Made by a program: the position numbers and the translations under genes
Shown: piece after piece, positions 23,707 through 45,270 of the stretch
How the letters are laid out: each line of letters opens with the position of its first letter
How positions within the stretch are numbered: position 1 is the first letter of the stretch
The notes under the pieces: model-generated
The model's database searches: none
What the model saw: the letters and a program-made list of their open reading frames with translations, nothing else
Told to the model about the DNA's origin: nothing
Assembly: GCA_051362555.1 (NCBI GenBank)
Contig: CM120645.1
Coordinates: 20,274,001-20,338,000 of the forward strand
Origin: Lingula anatina
Taxonomy: Eukaryota > Animalia > Brachiopoda
Length of the DNA: 64,000 nucleotides
Direction: 5' to 3'

Positions 23707-26700
23707 TATGACCCTCCTCCCAAAAATTAATAGAGCAAGTGAACCGAGACAAAATCGATCTATCAGTGCAACTCTGTACCCTACATATTGCAATAAAATT
23801 GTTCTCATTTGGTATTTTAAATTTACACGCTCCAGTCCTTCTATCTTCATTTCCAGGTACTTTTACTTCAGGACCGTAGTTCTCGTGCTCGGTCTTAAAA
23901 ATTATGATTTGTACTTTGAAATAATATATACATGTATATTTTATTTGACGACGGTAGAAATCATTAAGTTTGCCGTCCATTGATTAAGGAGCAATTAGCA
24001 AGTCAACATAATATAGACATTGATCGTATCAGTGGAGATTTCAACCGTACATAAATATTACACGATGTATAACCATTAAATAGAACTCTGGCGGTATCGG
24101 CATTTTTTTTTTTTTTTTTTTTGGGGGGGGGGATTCACAAGAGAATAAAAACTCACAGTTAAATACAGCGTAATATATAAAGACTGTGTGAATGTAATAT
24201 GTAAGTCACAGTGATGAAAATCTTGATTGGTTTTATCCTCTTTTGCAGGTTAAACCTCCAAAACTACTGCCTCCACCCCGCCCCCTGGCTTGTTTTCATT
24301 ACTTCCTTATTGAATATGTCTTTACCATTTTTCAGACCTTAGCAATTTTGTTTTTTCCCCTTAGGCATATAGTATTGAGCAAAGGTGTTTTGTGTCCTCA
24401 AGATGTCATGACGGACGTGTGGCGAAACTAAAAAGTTTCACTCTGGATAGTTTTGAATACAGCACAACCCTTTTGCTTGATGCTGTGTTTCACTCAGCTG
24501 CTCTGGTGACTTGATCACATCTGAGAGTCAAAGATATCGAGCAAAAATGATACACTGTACTGAAGATTTATTGAAAAGCTAACGTGTTGTTAATATCACT
24601 ATACGGACGTTATTTGGAGTTTATAGGAATATGGAGACTAGAAACTTATGAAGACAAAATATACTGTATACAGACTCGAGGTAGCAATTCTATCGAATAT
24701 TTAATGGACTGCTTTTAAAGACATCATAAAATAATTATGCATAATTTCACACTTGAATGTCACAGTGTGACTGTCCCTTATTTAACCGTTGATAAAGGGG
24801 TGGGGTGGGGGTAGTCGATACCCTACATCCACAATCCTGTCTGTAAAATGGACTCAGCTGGGTGTACCGCACCCGTCACCATAAAGACATAAGGCGTACA
24901 TGTAAGACATTGATCGGTAATGATACGTTACATGTAACTTGGGTATGATGGGTAACTTGTACAAGTTTGTATTATTCTATAGTGACCTGTTGATGACGTA
25001 TTATGGCTGATATTGCATGATCTTGTGGAGAGGAAAGAAAAGTTAAGTATAATGAACACCGTGGCGTACCTGTACCGGTAGTTTAAGTACAGAGGAAATG
25101 CATGCCGTTAAAATGCATACCTTCAAACTTGGAAATCCCTTCCTCTTTCTCTCTTGAGGGCTGTTTTGAAGGTGTGTCTTATAGTCATGAACTCCTGGAT
25201 TCTCCCATTGGGGCTTTCTTTCGCAAACGCTCGGACGCACGTTATCTTTCTCTGTGTCCACAGCAGTAAGTGTGTCGCGGTGAGTTTTGGACGTCGTCAC
25301 AATACACTGAGTCTGCTGGACACATTTTGCATGTCAAAACGAGGTCAGCCCCCTCCATGTTTATACGTTTCTATGTGTGTTGTCACGGGTAAAGTAATGC
25401 GCCTTTTGTGTATTGATGAAAAGAGGGTTAGCCGTACTATCGATCTTCTTAAACACTTGATAAAGGTACAAGCGAATACTTGCATTATTCCCGTGTAGAT
25501 TGAGAAAATGAAATTGTCTCACTTTTCAAAAACTGATATTTTTTCACAATATCAAGAGGGATATACTTTGACTCATAGATTTTTTTATCAAGTTGAAATG
25601 TGAAAAGAGCACAGATTGCAAAGCATAGTTCGAGACATTAGCAACGCTTTCGTGTGAATTTTTTGCAAGAATTATTTATTTATTTTATGTCAAAGTCATA
25701 AAATACCATGGAAACATAATATATGTACCATTGCCTAAGGGGCAATAATTTTCATAACAACAAGAACAGAAAATAGTTTTAACAATACGTACATAAAAGA
25801 CAATATTTTAGAATCAAAATAGTGTTAGCTTTAATTTGTCAAATATTAGTCGTAGGGAATTTCCAACAGCTTCATCAGTGCGATGTAGTGAAATCATTCC
25901 TAGAACATCTTGATAATGCTTCTGACATGAAAAAGAAAAAATAATTGCTTAAGTAGTAAAGTATTTACTTTTAATAGAAATAAAAACCTTTTATCAATGC
26001 AAATCGGAAATTTTAAACCTGAATAAACTTAATATAATGTTGCGTTAATCCAATTATTTCTCTTATCTCAGAATGGTCAACGAGTGTTTAGTTAATGTAC
26101 AGCAAAATAATTGGACTTCAGAACACCATAAAAATTATTACCTCGTTCATGATTTGAACCTTACTAGAGATTTGACTAGAGTTGTGGGTGAGAAAATTTT
26201 ATCAATCTGATTTTAACTTTGTACAAAAGGCTGGGAATACGTGTTGATGTTAAGTGACAGACTTGAAGGCGGGGGGGGGGGGGGGGGGGGGGGGGGTCAG
26301 GGGGTTCGAAAGAACCCCCTTTTTGCTGGGAAAAGGTCCTCTCTGGTTAAAATTTTAATTTGTACATGAAAGCTTTATGGTTAGAGGTCTACTTTATGAA
26401 AAAAAAAAAGGACATAATAAATGTACTATTGCCCCATAGGCAATAGTCCATGTATTATGTTTTCACGAATTCAATAATTTTGCTATTTCTCCTCAGTTTT
26501 GTCAATGCTCCATCCATGGCTACGGGCCTGCAGTGTTATGCCACGATGGACCTTTTATGTTTATTCAGAACAGTCATTCATCACACAACTTCACGATGAT
26601 GCAATCGAAAACGCAAACTGAACACGAACGGATTTTAGTCAGCAAAGGTCAAACATCAGGCTCGTCCGCCATCAACTGCTGGTCATTCGGCCGCGAAAAA

Positions 26701-28867
26701 CAAACAGATGTGTAATCCAGGCAGATTCGATCAGGATGTGCGACTAATCAGGCATGTCTCGCACTAATGATATCGATATCCGCGCGTGTCGGTGTATCAC
26801 TGTCTCCAGGCATCACTCACCATAGCCACGGAGGGATGTTTTCACTGGATATTCACTACAAATATTTATTTGGCAACTTCTCTGTAGCGTGAAATTTTGC
26901 ACAGAAAGGGCCTCAGACAGAGGGCAGTCTCCAGGCGGGTTGGAATCAAATCTTTAAACGAGTGCGGTGTTAGTGGATAAACATTGAAAAAATATTAAAG
27001 TTACGCGGAGTAGGTATGTCAGATAAATTGTTTCAGTTTATTTGTAGTTGGGCATAGTTTGCATAGTGGCTCAGTTGCCCGGTGTCTCGGTCTACAAATA
27101 TAAGCGACGCGCCGCAAATACATGGATATCTGACTTTTGATGGATTTCATTTCATTTTGACACTGGTGAATACAGTAACAGTAAAATTATCTACCCTTAG
27201 CTGTTTCCTGAGCTTATGGCTGGCGTGCACGTGGCTGAAGAAATATATGCGCGCGCGCCGCGTGTGTGTGTGTGTCTGTGGGGGGGGGGGGGGGGGGGGG
27301 GGGGGAGGGAGTTAAAGCTCCTTCGCCTATGGACTCAGAGCGTAACCGTTGTCAGTTTGTCGGTACTAAAGTGCATTGTAGCTTTAAGCTATCTCAGTGG
27401 TTTACTGTTTACTTTTTTCGTATTACTTGTTAGAGATATCACGATACATCAATTTCAAGACAGTTGAATTTTGAAAAATTCTAAAAAAAAAAAAATCATT
27501 TTGCCGCATCCCTTCCTCCGCGGTTTTTCTTGTCCTTTTTTTCTCCAATAAAACTATACCTCTTATGTTTCTATATTTACATTATATCGAGTAAACCAAT
27601 CGCATCAAAAGAGCAAATAAAATCTCTCTCTCTCCATAAAGCAATTTTGATTTCATAAGTCCGATGACGGAAAGTCAAGTCAAGCAGTAGAGGCCATGAT
27701 ACATGTATCAGTATTGATGCTGGCCATGAAACAACTTTTAAACTGCTATAAGATGAATTTCAACTTAAATTATTCTATTTCCGACTTCGATGTGTCCGAA
27801 TGCATTTTAAACACACGGATTGTTTCAGTTTAGCAAAGTTTATTTTCTTCAGTATTACAGTATATACAATGTATAAAATGATGTATAAACATAATGCTCT
27901 ACAAAAAAAGAAAACCCATTAAATACAAATGCAACACAAGATATTTATTATATGAGGTTTCACAGTGAAAATATCCCCCATTTCTGAACTTAAATCAAAA
28001 TATTATACGTCTTTCAACTATTTCACATCATTTTCATGGGGATATAAAATCTTTAAAATACTTTTCTCTTTTAGTAAAAGACAAATTTACACCCTGAACA
28101 TTGTTTTTATTCGTACTGTTATTTTCTTTTTTCATGAATTCAGTAATTTGTTATTTCTCCTCTGACTTAAAAACACAATTTTGTCAATGTCCTATCCATA
28201 AACAGAAATGTTGTTCCCATTTCCTTGAACCTCCTTCTGACAATGAGAATGTAGGTAACATGTACCTTCTACTTTTGTATAGCACACCAATGAACTGAGA
28301 ATATGATCTTGTCAAAAAGAAAATAGTGACACTTTTTCTGGGATAAAACATGTTATCAGGTCCTGGTTTCACATAAATACTTAAGTCTGTTCCCTGGCTT
28401 AGTTGACTAGGATTTCCATGAGAATGCTGTAACACTGTTCCTGATAGGGTAGGATGTGTGCATGTGACCACTTGAACTGACTTCATTTTTTTTTTGTGTG
28501 TGAAACTGAGGCTAGCTCAATATGCAATTTAAACAATGGTCCAAACCCAACTGCCAGGAAAAATTGAAACTGGGTCATCAGCATAATTTAAGTTCATTCA
28601 CAAGATACCATTTCTGCTTTATCAAAGTAGATTCACGGACCCTGGTGACCTGAAGGATCAGCTGGCTATAATGATTTCGGCTTCAGCACCGACTGTCATC
28701 TAGTCCTGTCTCTCCAGATAGTCCAACTAACACATTCCCCCCCCCCCCACCTTCCCCTGGAGGGTATTATACTTTACTAGCAATAACTTATCATTATATC
28801 TCACAGCAAAGGGGGGGTATACTGATAAATGTCCAAAACCATCCCATTATTACTTCTCAAGCCTAAA

Positions 28868-31159
28868 TCAAGCTTTTCCCGCCTCTCTAAATTTACTCAA
28901 CAACTTGTCATTTTCCCTAAGAGCAAACGAAATGGAGGCCTCCTGATAGAAGTTTCCTTTGATTTCAATGTTCTGAATGACATCTTGGATGAGGTGTGCC
29001 CTGTCCACCCCAGATCCCGGGGCATCAAACTTGATGTGAGTGAAGTGGACATGGAGGTGGTAATACGACGGCTGGTAGTGGAAATATATCCTGAGTTTAC
29101 TGGGTGGCACTTGGTACTTTTCTTCGATTGCATTCTGAAATACAAGGAGATGTAAAGGTTATGATGTAAAGGTTGATTTAATATGGTATGTACAGTCTAT
29201 GTCTTAATCTATAAGGGAGAGACTAACTGTGTGTACTGATGTATGTGAAATAAAATATGTATATGTTATATGACCATTGTCGGTAACTCATGCTGCTGTA
29301 CAAGTTGTGCAAGAATAAATCTGAAAAATGTGATCTACAATTTACTATGTACTTGAGGTCCACCTGTGCCATCAACAATTGGCCTAAAGCCATATGCCAC
29401 TAATTTTATGAAAAACTGAAGCCAGGGCTTTTATTGCAAAATCTATTCAAATAAATTAATAAACAGATTAACTTAAATTAAAAAATTCAAATTAATTATC
29501 TTTTTTAAATTCAAAAGAAAAAGGGGAAAATCATCAAAGTATACTTCCCAGAACTTTCATCTTAAGTTTATAATAACCTAGCCATTTACAAAAAAAAGTT
29601 TAAACTACCTGTCCCTTTTCAAGTATATTCTTCAACAAAGGCAAGTGGTCTCTGGTAAGATCTCGGAGTGATCTCACTCCTCTGGTGTGACATATGGCAA
29701 CAAGGTAGAGGTCGTTGACCTGCTTGCAATCCCACTTCATGTCAGGGAGGAGAATGAACCCTGTCTCAGGGTCAACGTCCTCAAACACAATTCTCTCCGC
29801 TTCTTTTTTCTTGTCTAGGATATTATACACCCACTGCAATATAATAAGTTAAACATGAATGAAATGTTTTACAATTACAAAATACCCACTACAAACTGTA
29901 TATACTATATATTTTAAAGTGTATTACTTTGTATGAAAAAAAGTAGTGCATATGTGAAAATAGTAATTACATTTTTTCAATTATGTATGCCATGTTGATG
30001 AAAATTATGTTAGTACATGACAGACTTAATAATGGCAATCAACTCAATTAATGACTTTTTCAAGTTGGAAAATGTACTTAGCAAATGCATAATTTAAATG
30101 TAAGAGAATATGATTTTCTTTTTATCAGTGGTAATACCCAAATATTTTATAAGCTCTTGATAAAAAGAAAAACAATAATTTAAATTGATACATACAGAGC
30201 TAATGAAACTGTTCTCTCATTTAAGAGAATATGTTTTTGCCACAATAATAATTTCATATCAAATCAAACCACAAAAATACTAGCTAAGCAAATTCACAAA
30301 TTGCACAATATATAGCATACTTGTATACTAAATTGTTCTGCCTGTATGTATGGCAAAGTGATGTTCCTGTAGTCCTCTGCTGTCTCTCTCACAACATACA
30401 CGTCTTGTTCTGTATACTTGCTGATGTGTTTAGAAGTGGCAGGGTAAATCAGGGTGGCTTTGATCCCTGAAAGTATTCAGTGCTAGTATACAAACAATAA
30501 AATACTACTACCACACAAATGCATATCCGCGTGTGCGATACAGAGTGAGGGGGGGGAAAATTGAATAAGCATCCTCATGACTGCTAAATGACTTAAAATA
30601 CATGCACTAAGAAATACATACACTTTGTATATTAAATGAAAAAAATAGGCCCCGAGTGGAGATAAATCTGTTCAGTCATGATAAATCTAACTTAAGAATT
30701 GTGAATCTATCTATCAATTCATTTTACTGAGTTATTACTGATGACACATCCATTCATTATAAACATGCAGATTTTATTATATAAAATTATTTTAATAATA
30801 ACTTTTTTCTTTCCAAAATACTAACCGTTCTCCTGGGGTTTTGGAAATGCCTCAAATGTTTTATATATATCATTATGAATTGCCAGTTTCAAATCTGTAT
30901 CTGACGACAAAATTCCCTTGACTGTGTTTTCTGTAAAAGGAGTTTTCTCCAAAATGACAACAGCGTCATCCGTACTACCTTCAAACGATCCGTGAACAAA
31001 AATTGCTTTTTGTTTAGTGTTCTCATTTAAAACTTTGCAAATATTGAAGCCCCCGAAACTGTCCTCCGATTTTGTTTCACCATTTGATACTTCTTCCAGG
31101 GAATGTTTTCGCTTTTTTATCGGAACGGCCGCATCAGCACGTTGTTGTTCGGATGCCAT
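28868..31159 (-). CDS. DCPS: m7GpppX diphosphatase (scavenger decapping enzyme), 4 exons, 323 aa
   Basis: Exons 31159-30826, 30466-30321, 29833-29609, 29134-28868 total 972 nt. Motifs [25 protein letters not shown] and the HIT motif [15 protein letters not shown]. Confidence 0.95.
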
Positions 31160-31699
31160 TGTACCTATTTCCGTCCTCCAAATAAAGAAGAAGTCACCGT
31201 CACATATTTCAAATTGAAGATTTTATAAGTATTGTTTAAAAAAATAAGTTCATGAAGCTTAAATGATTCTCTGATCTGCTAAATGAAAATGCCATAAATA
31301 GTCATTTATGGATGCATTTTACATATCTTCCAAACGGACTTTTACGACAACCGCGCACAAATTCAGTACCACTTGTTGGCCTCCAATAATACATAAATTT
31401 TTAACAGAATTTGAACAAGGCGAGGAAGTTGAATATAGATCAGCAACATGATGTTGTTGATATAAGCACGTAAGCTAGACGCTTTACGCACATATTTAAA
31501 TAGACATAACTGCACTGCACACTGTAGGGAGGCTTAAATTAAACGTTAACGCCTTTCACTTTGCAGCAAAACGTTACCCTTTCTTTACTAGCCTCTTTAA
31601 ACCACTTGGTTTGAAAGATTCACTCATTCATATGGTATCAAGGTGAAACTGTTATTATTAATCATTCTAGGGATTCTAGAAGAAAATCAACCACCGAAA
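31160..31699. promoter_or_regulatory. Putative bidirectional promoter DCPS/zinc-finger gene
   Basis: Divergent ATGs 540 bp apart. Confidence 0.5.
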
Positions 31700-32866
31700 A
31701 TGCAGTCACCAAACTCCGCGTCGTTTTCTAATCTGGGAGAGTTGACAGTACCCGACTTGAGCAACAAAGACAGTCCCCACCAAGATGATTGTATCTTTCA
31801 GAATGCAGTAACGCACGAATGCAAAATCTGCGAAGGAGCACAGTTCGATAATTGTATTTGTCAGCTGCTATCAAGTACAGTAGAGTCCAGTAGTGTTGTA
31901 AATATGGATCAACTAGATGGTGTGACTGAAGTTTTAGGGGGCGTGAATGACATTTATCAGGTTCTCGGCCGAGATGATATATTGAAATCAGAACTCCTTC
32001 ATGACATTGATCTTTATTTAGAATGCGATGAAGACAGTGTGTATGTGGTCCCTCCTTCCAAAGGGGAATCATGGAACCAACCAGGAAAATATCAGAATTA
32101 TAAAATTTCTTTTCATTTTTCTAAACCTGGTGAGCAGTTATCGGGTACTAGAGAACCACATACTAGTACTAGGAGAACAAAGTGTAGTGAATGTGAATAT
32201 CGTTGCAAAAAGGAATATCTTATGAGAGACCACAGGGCAAAATGTCATGGAGAGAAAGACTTGTTTTCATGCAAAGAATGTAGTTATATAGGACACAGGT
32301 ACAGACATCTTCAGAAACATGCACTGAGAATGCACTCAAAAGGTACCAGTACCACGGGTAGGTTTGTTGGCAATGCTGGAGTTACCATTGCTGCACCTGT
32401 GACATGCCAGCATTCTGATGAACTGGGGATGGCTGGCAATTCCTTTAAGGGATGTCCTGATAGAGGACTGCAAGATGAGGCTAACATAAATATAAAACAA
32501 AGGAAATCGAGCAATGCAGAAGCCGCGAGTTTTGATGGCAGCAGGACAAATGCACCAGATAAAACTCTGACTGTGCCGTCCAAGAAAATCAAAACCCTCC
32601 AACAAGCAGTGGCTCTGAAAACACAAAACTGCAGCTGCAGAGTCAAAAAGTGTGCTTTGAAATTTATAAGAAATGAGAAGGACGCAAATAACAGAAATAA
32701 CTGGGCTTGTTACCCTAATAACTGCAAGGATGACTCGAAGACTTGTGCGCAGCCGCTGAGATTCAACTATCATTGCCCAAACAAGCAATGTGATTTTTTC
32801 TGTAGTAAAAAAAGTAAACTTTTGGTACATATTGCCCAAGTCCATAGTGTGGAAATAAAGAAATGA
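31700..32866 (+). CDS. C2H2 zinc-finger protein, single coding exon (~388 aa)
   Basis: Long ORF with first ATG at 31700. Fingers CSEC..HRAKCH, CKEC..HALRMH and C-terminal CPNKQC..HIAQVH; acidic N-terminal part. A possible acceptor at ~31670 means a 5' exon may exist. Confidence 0.75.
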   Translation: MQSPNSASFSNLGELTVPDLSNKDSPHQDDCIFQNAVTHECKICEGAQFDNCICQLLSSTVESSSVVNMDQLDGVTEVLGGVNDIYQVLGRDDILKSELLHDIDLYLECDEDSVYVVPPSKGESWNQPGKYQNYKISFHFSKPGEQLSGTREPHTSTRRTKCSECEYRCKKEYLMRDHRAKCHGEKDLFSCKECSYIGHRYRHLQKHALRMHSKGTSTTGRFVGNAGVTIAAPVTCQHSDELGMAGNSFKGCPDRGLQDEANINIKQRKSSNAEAASFDGSRTNAPDKTLTVPSKKIKTLQQAVALKTQNCSCRVKKCALKFIRNEKDANNRNNWACYPNNCKDDSKTCAQPLRFNYHCPNKQCDFFCSKKSKLLVHIAQVHSVEIKK

Positions 32867-34299
32867 TTGAAAAAAGGAGTTGATGTTTTATGTGCCAGTG
32901 CACTTTCTTCAGGCCTCTGTTAAATTTAATCACATGCAGAGTAAGTAATCCAGAATTACAACACTGAAGTTATGAACATTCATTGCTACAATTAACACTA
33001 AAATATTGTGTGGAATTTGAAAAAAAGTATTGCATGAAGTTCAAATGGGCATGCAAGGTCGTAGTTTTACCTTTGTAGTTTTAACTACCGTTTACAGTAA
33101 AGTTACGTGCCTTAAACAAAACACCATACTTTATCCATGTTACTTGTGTTGTACTAATGGACTCTCTGACTTGTGAACACTGCCCCAGAAGGTAAGGCGT
33201 CGGGGGAAACTCTGCATTTATAAAACTTCTAGCAGAATGGCAAGCAAGACCTGGTGCTTTGTAAGTCAATTTAAAAAAAAAAGACCTCTTGAAAATATTC
33301 ATGGCATTTATTTTGACAGATATAAATAGCAATGTGAAGATTTATGTTGAACAAGCACAGCTGCACTTTGTATTTTGACAATAAACTTATCATTTCTCAA
33401 AGATCCCTATAATCTCCCCCCCCCCTTTTTCCCCCCAATGAAAAAATCCTGACAGAGCACTCTTGAGCCCCCGTCTTGTCAACATTGAAAAAAATATTAG
33501 TAAACAGACAAAAAATGTCTTAAATATAGCAACATATTCAACTTTCCTGTTTACATGTCAAATTTTTGCACGTTCCCTTACATACAATATTACTGAATAA
33601 ACCAATAACTCAATAGGCATAAATGCAGAATATAGATCAAATAACTCTTGGAGCAACTACATCAAAGTTAAGTTAATTTGCACTTTCACATTTTTAAAAA
33701 TTAATATTAGGTTTACTCAAAAACGGTTTACTTATTTAGCTGTCATGTGCATTTCATAGCAAAATTTTGATATTTTTTCTTAAGTGATTATGATACATTA
33801 AATTTTTTTTAACAACTTCAAATGGTGATTCAAAATAGCAGAGTCTATGAAGTTACAGTAATAAATTTTCAAACAACAACTAAATAACTTTAATTCTTTT
33901 ATGCTTCACAAGATGCCTTCATCACAGAATAGGGCTGTTAGTGTTAACCAGGTTACTATAATAAGCAAAAGATTTAATTGAAAATTCTTCCTTTTGAAAT
34001 TTGGCAAGGTTTTCGAGAACACCGACATTTAAAAATGTGCATCTCAGGGCCTTACTACTGAGCGTAAATCAAAGCAAACTGAATAGCTAAACTGTATCTC
34101 ATTTTTAATAAAGTCCACAACTTCTCAGTAAAAGGAGTACCGCAGAGATGATTATGTTTGGAACAAGTTTAGAATACAAGAACAATGAAATATCTGGACA
34201 GGACAGAATATCTGTCAGTTTTGCAAGGAGGACCAGTTGTCCATGCTGAAAAACTCCTCTTTTGGGAGAGGAAAAAAGGAGAGTTTATTGGTGTCAATG

Positions 34300-43357
<9,058 letters not shown>

Positions 43358-43744
43358 CTTCCAAGACTACCATGAAGTAAATCTATTTCCTTGATTTGAT
43401 TGGACAATATTTCTTTGGTATTTTGACAAACCAATTATCCTACCTAATCATAAATACTTTCTTTTTTTCTTAATTTGTTATAATGATTGTTATATCAACG
43501 GATCAGAAACAATGAATTATTACTTTTCTCATTTGCTGCTCCATCCACATCATTCTGTTTAAATTATATGATGCAGGTAATTACACAGCTGTCAAAATAT
43601 AATATCTGTGGCTCTTCATTAGCTTCCCATTTACTGCGGTCCTGCACAACCTTTGAACGAAGCCTAGGGAAGCTTACGCTGACTAAAAAGCCGCATAGCT
43701 TTGCTTCCGCACTGTTTGCATACGGTTAAAGCAGATTTAACAAA
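43358..43744. promoter_or_regulatory. Putative bidirectional promoter MKLN1/CPT2
   Basis: Divergent ATGs 387 bp apart; ATTGG at ~43400 and CCAAT at 43431; YY1-type AAGATGGCGGC overlapping the MKLN1 ATG. Confidence 0.6.
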
Positions 43745-45222
43745 ATGCTCTCAGGTACATTTGGTCGCACCGGTGGCCTCAAGATTCCAAGATATGTCGC
43801 ACAGAATGACCTTACAAAGGTATTTTTCTTACTTTGTCTGGTTTCTGTGGGGGTACATGAAAATCTCCTTGGTCTGTACCTGTAAGGGAAAACGTGAAAC
43901 GCCTTTAATTAATCTATTTCAGTTACATTTAATTGATGCATAATAAAGTTTTCAATTTATCGCCGACTTTGAGAAATGTATACTGACCCTTGTCAAATCC
44001 CTCACATCTGTAACGATTGTCATAAACCAAATCTAATGCTGGAGTGGCAGGAAGGTTAGTTTTATGAATGGATGTTTGGGGTCCATAATGATATTACAGG
44101 CTAGGGTAACTGTTAATAGTGAGGTCAGTTTATGGGGCAAATGCCACCTGAACAAACTCTCAGAAATATCTGGTGCCCATGGTTCTTAGTGTGCTACTTT
44201 TCCTGGCACACCAGTCATTCTAAAGATGGTTCAATTACTTATTTAAAACAACTTGGCATTATAGAGGGTGGGGGAATAGTTGGCCACTGTGTTTGTGGAG
44301 GAAAGTGATTGTGATGAGAATCTCGTATAACCACTGTAAAACCACCATTTTTTTTTCTTTTTTTGGTGCAAATTTTTAATATTCTGTTTAAAATATTACA
44401 TCAATTAGTATATTATGCAATTTGATAAAGCATGTAAGAGTCATTATCATCATCATAAATATTATTTAATATGTATTTATTTTTCAGGCAGTTTGGAATG
44501 TCAACCTGTCTACCTCTGCAAAGCTTAGGTGAGACTAAGTACTAGTAATTTAACAGTTTAAGCTTATCAATTACAGGGATGTTTGTACCTCTTGTGTGAC
44601 TGTGGTTATTAAGCTTGATAGAAAATGCCAACTAAAATACTGATAGTCAAGACAAATTCAATTATTTGTTTACCGAAGTAGAAGTGTTGCATTGTGAGAA
44701 AAACACTGATCCTATTCTGCCAACAGAGCAGTACATTTGTTTGAAGTGAATATTTTTAAACATATGTGAAGTGAATTAGCCACACAATATTTTATAAAGT
44801 ACTTGTATAATAGAAGGTATGAAGTTGGTAAATTTTTTCCATGCAGCTTAGTAGCAAAGTTTTTTTTTTTTTTTTTGTAGTAAGGAGGTGAAAAGTCTCT
44901 CTAATATCAATATTGCTGAAATTTCATTCATTTGAAAACATTTTTTCATATATTTTTTTTATTTGCCCAAATTCATCTTTACCAATTAGAAGCAGCATTG
45001 CCCTGGAGTCCGAGTACCTCCACAAAAGCATTCTTCCCACTGACGCCTTTCAAGCCAGCCTGATTCGCCTCCCAATCCCTGCATTAGAGAAGACATGTCA
45101 GCGCTACCTCAACTCACAGGAGGCCGTACTGGATCCGGCAGCATTTCAGCGAACCTCTGAGATTGTGAAAAGATTTCAGGAGGTCGAGGGGAAAGGTAAT
45201 AAAATGGTTGTTTTACACAAGT

Positions 45223-45270
<48 letters not shown>

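Noticed and set aside
22331-28486. Many 60-126 aa ORFs between the TRP gene and DCPS
   Set aside because: Random ORFs through poly-G, GA and GT tracts; no recognisable domains.
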